From contig JBBILD010000007.1 in NCBI GenBank assembly GCA_037445065.1, positions 32,001 through 96,000 on the forward strand: a DNA stretch of 64,000 nucleotides, in the 5' to 3' direction. Positions within the stretch are counted from its first letter, which is position 1, and the number at the start of each line of letters is the position of its first letter. The DNA is from Myxococcales bacterium (lineage in GTDB: Bacteria > Desulfobacterota > Binatia > HRBIN30). Positions 21,377-31,780 of the stretch are shown piece after piece. The translations under genes were made by a program, and so were the position numbers. A model generated the notes under the pieces. That model was not told the DNA's origin, did no database searches, and saw nothing but the letters and a program-made list of their open reading frames with translations.

Positions 21377-22800
21377 AACCGGGCCACGGCGGACCGCCCC
21401 GGCCCGGGGTGCCGATTCTGCGCTTCCTCGGGGCAGCGGGGACCGTAACCGGCAGCCGATTCTTGCTGGACACTCCACGCGCGCGCCTGCTGGTGGACTG
21501 CGGTTTGTTCCAAGGGCTCAAATCACTCCGCCTGCGCAACCGGGAAGGCATGCCCATCCCCCCTGCTTCGATTGACGCAGTGGTTCTATCGCATGCGCAC
21601 CTCGACCACTCTGGTTACTTGCCGGCGCTGGTGCGGGACGGGTTTCGCGGTCCGGTGTACGCAACCCCGGGCACGGTGGAACTCGCAAAAATCCTGCTGC
21701 CCGACAGTGGCCGCGTTCAGGAGGAGGACGCCGCCTACGCCAACCGCAAAGGGTTTTCCAAACACGCCCCGGCGCTGCCGTTGTACACCGAGGAAGACGC
21801 GGTGCGTGCCCTCCCCTCCCTGACGACCGTACCGTTCGGGGAGCTGCGTGAAGTGGCGCCAGAGGTGGGGATGATCTTTCACCGCGCCGGCCACATCCTC
21901 GGCTCAGCGATTGTGGAAATCCGCATCGGGGGCGACCGCCCACGCACCGTGGTCGTCTCCGGAGACCTCGGCCGCCCGCATCACCCAATTCTCTTGCCAC
22001 CGCGCACGCGGCCGCAGTCGGAGATCCTCCTGGTCGAGTCTACGTACGGGGACCGCGAGCACGAGGATGTTGCCTCGCTCGAGCGCTTTTGCCGAGCCAT
22101 CCGCGAGACCGCAGATCGGGGCGGGATGGTCATCATTCCGGCCTTTGCAGTGGATCGCACCGAGGTCGTGCTGTTTCACCTAAAACGCCTCATGCAAGCG
22201 GGCGAAATCCCTCGCTTGCCCGTGTGGGTGGATAGCCCCATGGCTCTGGCCACCCTCAGCGTCTACCGGAAAGCGTTGCGCGACCCCAACCATGAGCTGG
22301 ACCCAGAGCTGGCGAGCTCGCCAGAAGATCCCTTCGATCCAGGAACGTTGATCGAGGCCCATACCCCAGAGCAGTCGCGCGCCATCAACAACGAGAGCGG
22401 ACCGGGGATCATCGTTTCCGCATCCGGTATGGCTACAGGCGGGCGAGTGCTCCACCACCTGCGCCACCGCCTTCCTGAGCCGCGCAATACGGTGGTGCTC
22501 GTAGGGTTTCAGGCAGAAGGGACGCGGGGGCGCGCGCTACTGGAAGGGGCGCGGGCCATCAAACTGTTGGGGCAGTACGTGGCGGTGCGAGCCGCGGTGG
22601 TAGACGTACCGGCCTTCTCGGTGCACGCCGACCGCTCCGAGTTACTGGCGTGGCTGCGCAGCGGTTTGGGGCGACCCGATGTGACCTACGTCGTGCACGG
22701 CGAACCAGCCGCATCCGAAACGTTCCGTAGCGCGATCGAAAGGGAACTTAGCTGGACTGCGGTCGTGCCCCGCTACCTCGAAAACGTTCGCGTGGCTTGA
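21373..22800 (+). CDS. MBL-fold beta-CASP ribonuclease-like hydrolase
   Basis: Motifs GAAGTVTGS, HAHLDH, AGHILGS, ESTYG, SASGM, SVHAD and VHGE. Confidence 0.92.
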   Translation: MKPGHGGPPRPGVPILRFLGAAGTVTGSRFLLDTPRARLLVDCGLFQGLKSLRLRNREGMPIPPASIDAVVLSHAHLDHSGYLPALVRDGFRGPVYATPGTVELAKILLPDSGRVQEEDAAYANRKGFSKHAPALPLYTEEDAVRALPSLTTVPFGELREVAPEVGMIFHRAGHILGSAIVEIRIGGDRPRTVVVSGDLGRPHHPILLPPRTRPQSEILLVESTYGDREHEDVASLERFCRAIRETADRGGMVIIPAFAVDRTEVVLFHLKRLMQAGEIPRLPVWVDSPMALATLSVYRKALRDPNHELDPELASSPEDPFDPGTLIEAHTPEQSRAINNESGPGIIVSASGMATGGRVLHHLRHRLPEPRNTVVLVGFQAEGTRGRALLEGARAIKLLGQYVAVRAAVVDVPAFSVHADRSELLAWLRSGLGRPDVTYVVHGEPAASETFRSAIERELSWTAVVPRYLENVRVA

Positions 22801-23178
22801 AGGCGTGTTATGCAGGGTCGGTGAGCGAGAGCCAAGGCACCGTTTGCCGAGAAGACCGGCTCGGAGTGCGCTCCCACTGGGTCGCCCACCCCGGTGAGCA
22901 TCTGCAATCGCCGTCACGAAGTGGACTGCTCCGATGCCCGCAACGCACGACGGGCTCGCCACGATTGCACCACCTACCCACCGGCAGGACTCCAAATCGT
23001 CTCTCGGCAAGCCACAAGGGCACGGGACAAAGCAGATGGCCGTGCCAGTTCCGTGAGATTTGGCAGCTTCATTTTCCTCGTTCTCGCATTGTGGGGAGTT
23101 CAAGCCCGGTGGTATTGCAGGCTTGTGATCTCAGCGCTGCGCCCGCGCACACATGGGCGCCGCCGCAAGGAGCAGGTA

Positions 23179-24225
23179 ATGAACCAAGCCAAGCTGGAGC
23201 GCTTCCTGGACAAATTGCTGACCGACATGAGCGGCGCAGCCATGTGGGCAACCGTGCTGGTCGGCGAGGAACTCGGGCTGTACCGGGCATTGCGGGGGGC
23301 CGGGTTTCTGAGCCCCGAAGAGCTGGCGGAGCGTGCGCAGTGCCACCCGCGCCTAACACGGGAATGATTGTGCGCGCAGGCAGCGGCAGGGTACATCGAA
23401 ACCAAAAACGGGCGTTTTCGCCTCACCGAGGAACAAGCAATGGCGCTTGCCGACGAAGACTCGCCGGCGTACGTGGCCCCTGCCGCGCAAGTCCTGGCCA
23501 GCATGTTTTTGGACAAAGACAAGCTCGTGCAAGCCATGCGCGGGAGCGGTGGCCTGGGGTGGGGCGACCACCACCCGTGCCTGTTTGTGGTACGGGAACG
23601 GTTTTTCCGCCCCGGCTACCGCGGGCACTTGCTTGCAGAATGGCTGCCAGCATTGGATGGGGTCGTCACGAAGCTCGAACGAGGCGCGACGGTGGCCGAT
23701 GTGGGCTGTGGCCACGGGGTTTCGACGATCCTCATGGCCCAAGCGTATCCGGCCTCTCGTTTCTTTGGCTTCGATTTCCACGCGCCCTCGATCGAGACGG
23801 CCCACGCGCGAGCCCGCGAAAGTGGACTGGGGGATCGGGTCACCTTCGAGCGATACACCGCGAAGGACTACCCGGCGAGAAATTACGACCTCATTTGTTT
23901 CTTCGATTGCCTGCACGACATGGGGGACCCAGTCGGGGCTGCACGACATGCCTGCGAGGCACTGGCGGACGACGGCACAGTGCTTCTCGTCGAACCCTTC
24001 GCGAACGACCGGCTGGAAGACAACCGGAACACTGTGGGGCGCATGTACTACGCGGCCTCTACCTTCGTGTGTACGCCGAGTTCGCTTGCCCAAGAGGTCG
24101 GCCTTGCCCTTGGTGCCCAAGCAGGCGAAGCGCGCTTGCGCGAGGCCCTTGGTGAAGCTGGCTTCCGCCAGGTTCGGCGTGCGGCGCAGACGCCTTTCAA
24201 CATGATCCTCGAAGCAAGCAAGTAA
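23179..24225 (+). pseudogene. HTH + class I SAM methyltransferase (Rv2258c-like) with an in-frame TGA at 23365-23367
   Basis: One frame from ATG 23179 (AAGGAG SD) through LTRE*LCAQAAAGY, where the family has REWL, to ADVGCGHG and FDCLHDMGDP. Confidence 0.8.
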
Positions 24226-24344
24226 AACCGGCAGGCCGGTAGGCGGGCGCCGAGAAGCAGCGGACAGCGACGTAAAAACTGCTCGACAAAGCTGGGTGCG
24301 GCTGCCGCGTCTCGCCTGTCCCGGCGCCACGAAGGGCCGGTTCG

Positions 24345-25274
24345 CTAGAACTCGATCGGTCTGCCGTCGATGACAGCGATGGCACCGGATTCTCTCGCTG
24401 CCGCGACGCCCTTGTTCGTCACACCCTCGCCTGCCACCACAGCCAGGGCCCGCTTGCCTGTGAGCTTCTCCAGCAGCTTGGCTCGGCGAACCGCTCGAGC
24501 CACATCTCCTGCACCGATTCCCCCAAACACTTCCACCGCCAAGTAGGTCTCCGCACCGTCCGCGCGCGAAACGCCAGTGACCACGACATCCGTAGCCAAA
24601 AGCTCGCCCCGTCCCTCCGCCGAAATGAGCCCCTCCTCCTCAGCCTCGTCAATCATGCGCGCGAGATCCTCGCTGCTGAGTGCGCGAATGCGTCGCAGCA
24701 AAGGCGCGAAGTACGCCGGCGCTCGCTCCCGGTAGCGCCGTTCCAACTCCGCCCCTTGGAGCCTGCCTACGACAGTCGTGAGCCGAGCAAGCCGCCGCTC
24801 CGTATCCCGCTGCGCCTCGGCCAACTCGGCCATCCGTTGCTCCAAAATACTGACACGCTCCTCCGTCCGCCGCTGCGCTTCGGCCAATTCGGCCATGCGT
24901 TGCTCGAGTACGCCCAGCCGCTCCTCGGTGCGCCGCTGCGCTTCGGCCAGCGCCTCCAGCCGCTCCTCCGTCCGCCGCTGCGCTTCGGCCAACTCGGCCA
25001 TGCGTTGCTCGAGCACGCCCAGCCGCTCCTCGGTGCGCCGCTGCGCTTCTGCCAGTGCCTCCAGCCGCTCCTCCGTCCGCCGCTGCGCTTCGGCCAGCGC
25101 CTCCAGCCGCTCCTCCGTCCGCCGTTGCGCTTCGGCGAGTTCGCCTACAACACGCACCAAGTCTTCCCACGGACCCCGGTCGCCGAACAGAACCTTACGG
25201 AAAGCGGCACGCCACTCAGGATGCTGCTCGAAAAGCGCGAGAAATTGCTCCCAATCTTCGGGGGTGAAAGGCAT
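24345..25274 (-). CDS. Coiled-coil repeat protein with a C-terminal PD-(D/E)xK-like domain
   Basis: HPEWR N-terminus, seven LAEAQRxTE(E/R)R repeats, C-terminal TDVVVTG..YLAVEV..DVARAVRRA. Alternative start at 25292. Confidence 0.75.
   Translation of the reverse strand: MPFTPEDWEQFLALFEQHPEWRAAFRKVLFGDRGPWEDLVRVVGELAEAQRRTEERLEALAEAQRRTEERLEALAEAQRRTEERLGVLEQRMAELAEAQRRTEERLEALAEAQRRTEERLGVLEQRMAELAEAQRRTEERVSILEQRMAELAEAQRDTERRLARLTTVVGRLQGAELERRYRERAPAYFAPLLRRIRALSSEDLARMIDEAEEEGLISAEGRGELLATDVVVTGVSRADGAETYLAVEVFGGIGAGDVARAVRRAKLLEKLTGKRALAVVAGEGVTNKGVAAARESGAIAVIDGRPIEF
24789..25139 (-). repeat. Intragenic tandem repeat of 42-nt and 63-nt units
   Basis: Units of 14, 14, 21, 14, 21 and 21 aa plus a degenerate copy; near-identical at the DNA level. 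Confidence 0.9.
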
Positions 25275-26154
25275 TGGAAGCTCTCCTAGCATGTCCCTCC
25301 TGTTTCGGCATACCGAGACGGTTCGATATCACCGGACCCACGCGTACAAATGGGGAATCTCCTTCTTCCCTGGCAACCGCGCTCTAGTTCCGCCGGTTAT
25401 GACGATCTTTCCGGTTGCCTCACCGGAAACTCGAACCACTTTAGCAGCGACGGACTGCCGGCCACCGACGACACCGCGCCTCGAGCATCCGAGCGGGGAT
25501 TCGGCAAGGCTTGGGCTTCGCTGCGAGAGCGGAACAGGCGTCCGCTCCCACACGCCATTCCTGCGCCATAGGCCCGGAGTACGCGCTCCAACGAGGAGCT
25601 GATGTGACTATCGTATGCTGAAGAGCCCGAGCAGTGGAAGCCCGTCCAGTTCAGTCAGCACCGTACACCCCGGTCGCAGAGGCGGTCCCCCCAGCTCAGC
25701 AGCCCGTCTTTGTGCGGGTCCGTCGTCAAGGCACGAAAGAGGTGCCTCCTGTAAGGACCCGTTCCCGCATTCCCGAGCATCGCTCGCGGCAACCTCTTCG
25801 CACCGTGCGGCTCGACCATCGGCCGTCTCGTTCCGCGGACGATCGCTCCCCAAGTTCCTCTTTGCCCTTGTGCCGTCGGCCTCCTAAGAACATCGCCGAG
25901 GATGCTGCCCGCCAGCGCAGGGAGATGCCGCCGTGGTCCTCGTCCAAGTGCGAGTGCCGAATCCGCCGGCTCGCGGCCGCGATTTGCTCGCAGTTCGGGC
26001 TTGCTGCAACTTCCGCTCACAATCTCCGGGCACACAGGTTGGCAGCTGTTGCAAACTCTCCGGCCACGATAGGCGGCGACGGCGCAACTCTCTCAAATTG
26101 GGAAGCGGCCTTGCGCTTGCCGCAAATCGCTCCCGAGCGAGGGCGCAACCGCCA

Positions 26155-28143
26155 TCAGGCTCGCTGTAAAAGCAGATGACCGGGATCCAAGACTCGAGCC
26201 TTCCAACCTGGGGGTAACCAGGTGGTCGCACTCATTTCGACAATGAGCGCGGGCCCTTCTAGCCGGGCTCCGGGTGACAATTGCTCTCGCTCCCAAACCG
26301 AAGCCCGGCGCCAGCGGCCGCCAGTGTAGACCGGGTGGGTCCGCAGCGGTCCGGCTGCAGCCCGTCGGGCTGGCGGCTTTCTCGTCGAGATACGGGGGGC
26401 CGGTGCGGTGACCTGGACGCGGGCATGGACCACTTCCACGGCGCGACCCGGATCGGCGTAGCCGTAGAGCTGGCGATGCCGCCGCTCGAAGTACGCTTTG
26501 TAGTCTGGCACCGCGGGGACCACGATTTCGAACGACTGGCCGCTGTAGCGCACGTCGAGATAGCCGTGCACCCGCTGCCGGCGGCGGGGTATACCCAGGC
26601 TTTCCAACTCGCCGGTGAGTTCCTCCGCCAACCCAGCCAGGATGTCCTGTAAAGTGGGAAAAGCCGGATTCACAGCGTGCACCGAGCGCACGCCATCGCG
26701 CTGCACCGGAGCGGTGGCTGCACCAAAGGCAGAGAGGAGCCCAGGGAAGGCTGGGATCAGCACCTGCGGGATGTCGAGTTCCTCGGCAAGCTCGCAGGCG
26801 TGCTGGCCCGCCGCACCGCCGAAGGCCACCAGGGTAAAACGGCGCAAATCATAACCGCGCTCTACCGAAATCCGGCGGATGGCCCGCTCCATGTTGGCGT
26901 TGGCAACACGCACCACTCCCGCCGCAGCCGCCTCCAAGGATAACCCCAGTTGTGCAGCGAGTTCCGCCAACGCCGTGCGAGCGCGCTCCGGAAACAGGCG
27001 CATCCGCCCGCCCAAAAAACGCTCGGGGACCAGACGGCCGAGCAGCAAGTTGGCGTCCGTTACGGTTGGCTGCCGGCCGCGCCCGTAGCAAGCCGGACCT
27101 GGCTCGGCCCCTGCACTGTGGGGCCCCACTTTGAGCGCTCCGGCCTCGTCACAAAACGCAATCGAGCCACCTCCGGCACCCACCGTATGCACGTCCGTGC
27201 TCAGCACCTTGAGCGGTGAGCCTGCAATGTTCCACTCGGTGGTGAAGCTGATGGCGCGATCGATCAGGCTCACGTCCGTCGAGGTACCACCCATGTCGAA
27301 TGTGATGACCCGCGTGAGCCGCGCCTGGCGCGCAACGCGCGCCGCACCTCTCACCCCGCCGGCTGGTCCAGAAAGGCAAGTGCGCACTGCCTCGCGGGCT
27401 GCGAGCGCCGGAGGGATCGCCCCGCCATTCGACTGCAAGACCCGCCAGCGCACGCCCCGCTCGGCAAAGGCCCGCTCCAAGCGCTGTACGTGCTCGCTCA
27501 TGACTGGCCCGACGTATGCGTTGACCACTGCGGTACTGAAGCGCTCGTATTCCCGGTGCTCGGCAATCAGCGCGTGCGAGGCGGTCACAAACAACCTCGG
27601 AAAGGCCCGGCGCAGAGCCTCCGACATCTTGCGCTCGTGGCGTGGATTCACGTACGAGTGCAGGAAGCACACCGCCACCGCCTCGGGCTTGCGCCGCCCC
27701 AGCAGCTCTACCACCCGGCGGATCTCCCCGGCTCGCAGCGGAACGAGTGCGCGGCCGTCGAAGAGCATACGCTCCTCGACCCCGATCCGGGCGTGGCGCG
27801 GCACCAGCGGCGACACGCGGCTCGGCTCTAACGCGTACAGTTCGCTTCGATTCTGCCGCCCGATCTCGATCACGTCTTCGAAACCGCGCGTGGTCAGCAG
27901 CAGAACACGCGCTCCACGCCGCTCAAGCAGTGCGTTGGTCGCCACCGTGGAACTGTACGTAAGCAGCGCTGGGAGCGCTTCCGGCAAGATCTGCTGCAAG
28001 CCCCGCAGCACGGCCGCGGCCGGATCGCCGGGTGTGGACAGGACCTTCAGTGTGCGCAGCTCTCCGCGAACGACGGCAACCAAGTCGGTGAACGTGCCAC
28101 CCGTGTCAATGCCGATGACCGCCGCGGTCGCTCCCGCCCTCAC
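26155..28143 (-). CDS. Hydantoinase A / 5-oxoprolinase (ATP-binding) subunit
   Basis: Motifs IGIDTGGTFTD, SGPAGG, DMGGTSTD, GAGGGS and FGGAAG; GTGA overlap with the fmdB-like gene. Confidence 0.92.
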   Translation of the reverse strand: MRAGATAAVIGIDTGGTFTDLVAVVRGELRTLKVLSTPGDPAAAVLRGLQQILPEALPALLTYSSTVATNALLERRGARVLLLTTRGFEDVIEIGRQNRSELYALEPSRVSPLVPRHARIGVEERMLFDGRALVPLRAGEIRRVVELLGRRKPEAVAVCFLHSYVNPRHERKMSEALRRAFPRLFVTASHALIAEHREYERFSTAVVNAYVGPVMSEHVQRLERAFAERGVRWRVLQSNGGAIPPALAAREAVRTCLSGPAGGVRGAARVARQARLTRVITFDMGGTSTDVSLIDRAISFTTEWNIAGSPLKVLSTDVHTVGAGGGSIAFCDEAGALKVGPHSAGAEPGPACYGRGRQPTVTDANLLLGRLVPERFLGGRMRLFPERARTALAELAAQLGLSLEAAAAGVVRVANANMERAIRRISVERGYDLRRFTLVAFGGAAGQHACELAEELDIPQVLIPAFPGLLSAFGAATAPVQRDGVRSVHAVNPAFPTLQDILAGLAEELTGELESLGIPRRRQRVHGYLDVRYSGQSFEIVVPAVPDYKAYFERRHRQLYGYADPGRAVEVVHARVQVTAPAPRISTRKPPARRAAAGPLRTHPVYTGGRWRRASVWEREQLSPGARLEGPALIVEMSATTWLPPGWKARVLDPGHLLLQRA

Positions 28144-28376
28144 CACTCGCCCGTGCCGGTCGCACACATACCCCGCTGCGGTGCTCCGCAAGCCCCGCAC
28201 GGCCCGGGTTCAGCGGCCGAAGCCGCTGCTTCGCTCTGTACGGCGAAGGCCGAGAGCAACCGCTCGAGATCCCCGGCCCCGCATTGCCGGCAGGCGCTCG
28301 GGCGATCCTCACGCGACAACTGCAGCTCTTCGAACTGCGCCCCGCAGTTGGTGCAACGGTACTCAAAAATCGGCAT
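28140..28376 (-). CDS. FmdB-family zinc ribbon protein
   Basis: MPIFEYRCTNCG...CRQCG...LERLLSAF with a C-terminal CGACG. Confidence 0.88.
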   Translation of the reverse strand: MPIFEYRCTNCGAQFEELQLSREDRPSACRQCGAGDLERLLSAFAVQSEAAASAAEPGPCGACGAPQRGMCATGTGEW

Positions 28377-28436
28377 CGTTCCCTCTTCGCTCCTGCTCGA
28401 ATGTCTTCGCAGTCGCGGGTTTTTGTACCGCACCCC

Positions 28437-30023
28437 TTAGTTCGCGGCAACGGAGGAAGCGTCGCGCTGGTATACGCGGCGTCCAGCGACCCAGGTCTCC
28501 ACCACACGCGGCGGTTGGTACGGGTCGAGCACCCCTTCGATCACCACCAAATCGGCACGCTTGCCGGGTGAGAGCGAGCCGCGCTCACCTTCCTGCTCGC
28601 CGGCAAAGGCCGCTCCCCAGGTGTAGGCACGCAGCCATTCCTCGTAAGGAAGAGCCTCCGCCGCAACATACACAGAGCCCGAGCTCGTGCGGCGCGTCGT
28701 ACCGCACGCAGCTGTGCGCAGCGGCTCGAAAAACGCACACGGATCATCGGAAGAAGCCGCAATCGCCACCCCGGCGCGCGCCATGCTGGCAAACGGCAAC
28801 CAAGAGGCATCCTCAAAGGAGACCCCTTCCACTGCCGCACCCAAATGATGCACGAAGCCGGGTTGCACCACACCCACGACCCCCAGCTCGGCCATGCGCC
28901 GCCACTGTGCGGGACTCAGCAAGCAGGCATGCTCGATGCGCAAGCGGTGTTCGAACGAGGGAAATCGCCTGCGCACCCTGGCAAAGGCTGCGAGCGCTCG
29001 CTCCACCCCAACGTTGCCGATAGCGTGCACAGCAACGCCAAAGCCACGCTCGGCGGCTTGCAGGACTTGCGATGCCAGTTCGGGAAACTCGATCCCAATT
29101 TGCAAACGCGTGCCCGCACTGCACACATCAATGGCCGGGGCGATGCCTCCGTCCGCAAACAGTTTGACCGCACCGACGCGAATCCTCTCGTCGCCTTCGC
29201 CCGTGCGTGGGCCTTCCCAACGCGCTGCATCCATTCCCTGCAGCAAAGCGGCCGCGTGTGGCATGACCAGCACGGATAGCGGCAGCGCTCCCTGACGAGC
29301 CAGGCGGTGGTAGATTTCTTCCGCTTGCGGAGAACACGCCGCGTCGTGCACGCATGTGATCCCCTCGCGCAGGAGCTGGCGGGCGCGCGCGACGAACAGT
29401 TGCTCCCAACGCTCAGGGTCGCGGTAGGCCATCATCGAGCGCGCATGCGCTTCGCCCCATGCCCGCTCGATCAGCAAGCCACTCGGCTCGCCGTTCCAGT
29501 CACGCGCAATGAGTCCACCCGGAGGATCAGGCGTGTGGCGGCCGATCCCTAACTCGTCGAGTGCGCGCGAGTTCACCACCCCTTGATGCAGCGTGTAATG
29601 GGCGACGATCACAGGCCGATCGAATCCCATTTCATCCAACATCCGCCGATCCGGGATGAAGCCGGTTGCCACTTCGTTCCAATTGGCACCCCGAATCCAG
29701 GGTGCCTCCGGTTCCCGTTCCGATTGCTCCTTGAGAGCCGCATAGAGGTCGGCGGCGGTACGCGCCGCCGAGAGATCCGCCCACAACGGGTGGAGCGCGG
29801 CAATGGAGAGATGGTTGTGGGCGTCAATGAACCCGGGCAGGAGGGTGCGGCCCTGTAAATCTACAACCTGTGCTCCTGGGAAGGCACGGGCAAGCTCGCG
29901 CTCTCCCGCGGCCGCGATGCGGGCACCCTCGACGACCAGCACCTCTGGCTCACCCAGCCAGGGGTCCATGGTCAGGATCCGCCCATTGCAAAAGAACCAG
30001 CGATGCGGTTCTTGGCCACCCAT
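28437..30023 (-). CDS. Amidohydrolase family 3 (YtcJ-like)
   Basis: Motifs PGFIDAHNH, KLFADG, HAIG, RIEH and GKRADLVV. Confidence 0.9.
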   Translation of the reverse strand: MGGQEPHRWFFCNGRILTMDPWLGEPEVLVVEGARIAAAGERELARAFPGAQVVDLQGRTLLPGFIDAHNHLSIAALHPLWADLSAARTAADLYAALKEQSEREPEAPWIRGANWNEVATGFIPDRRMLDEMGFDRPVIVAHYTLHQGVVNSRALDELGIGRHTPDPPGGLIARDWNGEPSGLLIERAWGEAHARSMMAYRDPERWEQLFVARARQLLREGITCVHDAACSPQAEEIYHRLARQGALPLSVLVMPHAAALLQGMDAARWEGPRTGEGDERIRVGAVKLFADGGIAPAIDVCSAGTRLQIGIEFPELASQVLQAAERGFGVAVHAIGNVGVERALAAFARVRRRFPSFEHRLRIEHACLLSPAQWRRMAELGVVGVVQPGFVHHLGAAVEGVSFEDASWLPFASMARAGVAIAASSDDPCAFFEPLRTAACGTTRRTSSGSVYVAAEALPYEEWLRAYTWGAAFAGEQEGERGSLSPGKRADLVVIEGVLDPYQPPRVVETWVAGRRVYQRDASSVAAN

Positions 30024-30116
30024 CGCAGCCTCCCTTCACGAACTGCGCCCCATCACCTCTGGCCGCTCCGCGCGGCCTGTACAAGCGTGCCGCCTGGGCA
30101 AACGCACGGGCCAAAC

Positions 30117-30872
30117 CTACGCTTCGAGCACCCCCTGCTCAGCACGAGAAAACTTGCGCCAGCTTCCGTCCACCAGCCGTTCGTGCGGGAGAAACCGGGC
30201 CTTGTACGCCATGGTCTCACAACCCTCCACGTACAGGCCGAGATAGAGGTAGCGGAGACCCCACTCGCGGCACAGTTCGAGTTGCTTCAGAATGGAAAAC
30301 GTGCCGAGGCTCAACTGGCGCAAACTGGGCTCGTAGTAGCAGTACACGGCGGACAGAGCGTCAGCGGCGCGGTCGGTAATCGCCACGCCCACCAACGCTC
30401 CCTCCAACCAGTAACTCAGCTCGAACGTCTCTGTACACGAGTCGACCAAAAACTCTTCGTACAATTCCGGATCAATGAGGCCATCGCCGGACAACAAGCG
30501 CCGCTGCACCTTGTGGCGGTTGTAGAGGCGGACGCGCTCGGCGCTCACCTCCGGCGAACCCAAGCGCACCTCCAAGAGGCGGTTGCCGCGCTTCCAAATG
30601 CGGCGCTGCGTCCGATTCGGGCGGAACTCCTCGACATTCAGCCGGATGGCCTGGCACGCCTGGCAGCCCGGACAGCGGGGCCGATACAAGAGCACGCCTT
30701 GCCGGCGATCGCCCTCACGCAGCCGCTCCGCCAGTTCGGCAGGGCCGAGCGGATGAATGGGCAAGCGCAGCGGTAAGCGCGCGATTTGTCCGGGCAGATA
30801 CGGGCAGGCGGTGTATTCGTCGTACACCAGCCATTCCCGCGCTGCACCTAAAGACCGACGTTGTTTTTCCAT
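30117..30872 (-). CDS. ate: Arginyl-tRNA-protein transferase / Asp-Glu leucyltransferase (ATE/Bpt)
   Basis: Motifs CPYLPG, YRPRCPGCQAC, LSAVYCYY, SLGTFSIL, YLYLG and MAYKARF. Confidence 0.9.
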   Translation of the reverse strand: MEKQRRSLGAAREWLVYDEYTACPYLPGQIARLPLRLPIHPLGPAELAERLREGDRRQGVLLYRPRCPGCQACQAIRLNVEEFRPNRTQRRIWKRGNRLLEVRLGSPEVSAERVRLYNRHKVQRRLLSGDGLIDPELYEEFLVDSCTETFELSYWLEGALVGVAITDRAADALSAVYCYYEPSLRQLSLGTFSILKQLELCREWGLRYLYLGLYVEGCETMAYKARFLPHERLVDGSWRKFSRAEQGVLEA

Positions 30873-31009
30873 GCGTGCCCCAACCCGAACGACCGATTGC
30901 AGTTTGCTTGCTTTCGCCTGGGGACGCAAGCCGAAAACCACGCGCCCGGGCAGCGTCGGCCGCACCCCCTCGCCACCGTTCCTTAGGCGCGTTAGGAAAA
31001 GACGACGCG

Positions 31010-31780
31010 ATGGTTCTAACGGCGCAAGAAACGCCGCTGATTCGGCTGCGCGAGGTGAGCCGCTCCTACCAGCGCGGCGTGGACCGCGTGCACGCTCTCG
31101 AACGGGTGAGCCTCGACATTCCCGCCGCCCGTTTCGTGGCCTTCATGGGGCCCTCAGGGTCGGGAAAGTCTACCCTGTTGAACTTGGTTTCTGGGATAGA
31201 CCGGCCGACCAGCGGCGAAGTGTGGGTTGCCGGGCAGCGACTCAACGACCTCGACGAAGACCAACTGGCGCAGTGGCGCGCGCGTCATGTCGGCTTGATC
31301 TTTCAGTTTTTCAACCTGATGCCGGTACTCACGGCGCTCGACAATGTGGCCCTGCCTCTGCTGCTGACCCAACTCGACAAGCGCGAGCGGGCGCGGCGGG
31401 CCGAACTGGCGTTGCGGATCGTCGGGCTGGGCCACCGCCTGCACCACTACCCGCGAACCCTTTCTGGTGGGGAGCAGCAGCGGGTTGCCATCGCGCGGGC
31501 TCTGGTGACGGATCCCGACCTGATCGTGGCAGACGAGCCTACGGGGGACCTGGACGCACGCAACGCCGAAGCCGTGCTGGCCCTGCTTCGCCAGCTCACG
31601 CACGGGTTCGGGAAGACCATCGTCATGGTCACCCACGACCCGCGCGCACTGCGTTTCGTGGATCAGGCATTCCATCTCGACAAGGGCCGCTTGCTCGAGG
31701 GAAACGACGCAGAGCGGGCCCACGAAGCGATTCTCCTCGCTGCCGGCGGCGGGGGCGCGGCGGCCGCCGTCTTGCCATGA
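31010..31780 (+). CDS. ABC transporter ATP-binding protein (LolD/MacB-type)
   Basis: Motifs [23 protein letters not shown] and VTHD. Confidence 0.95.
   Translation: MVLTAQETPLIRLREVSRSYQRGVDRVHALERVSLDIPAARFVAFMGPSGSGKSTLLNLVSGIDRPTSGEVWVAGQRLNDLDEDQLAQWRARHVGLIFQFFNLMPVLTALDNVALPLLLTQLDKRERARRAELALRIVGLGHRLHHYPRTLSGGEQQRVAIARALVTDPDLIVADEPTGDLDARNAEAVLALLRQLTHGFGKTIVMVTHDPRALRFVDQAFHLDKGRLLEGNDAERAHEAILLAAGGGGAAAAVLP

Noticed and set aside
23365..23420. Selenocysteine or genetic-code reassignment
   Set aside because: The position is a family Trp rather than Cys, no SECIS-like hairpin is evident, and TGA ends many genes in the window.
24789..25139. Possible CRISPR array
   Set aside because: The repeats are contiguous in-frame coding units with no unique spacers and no cas genes nearby.
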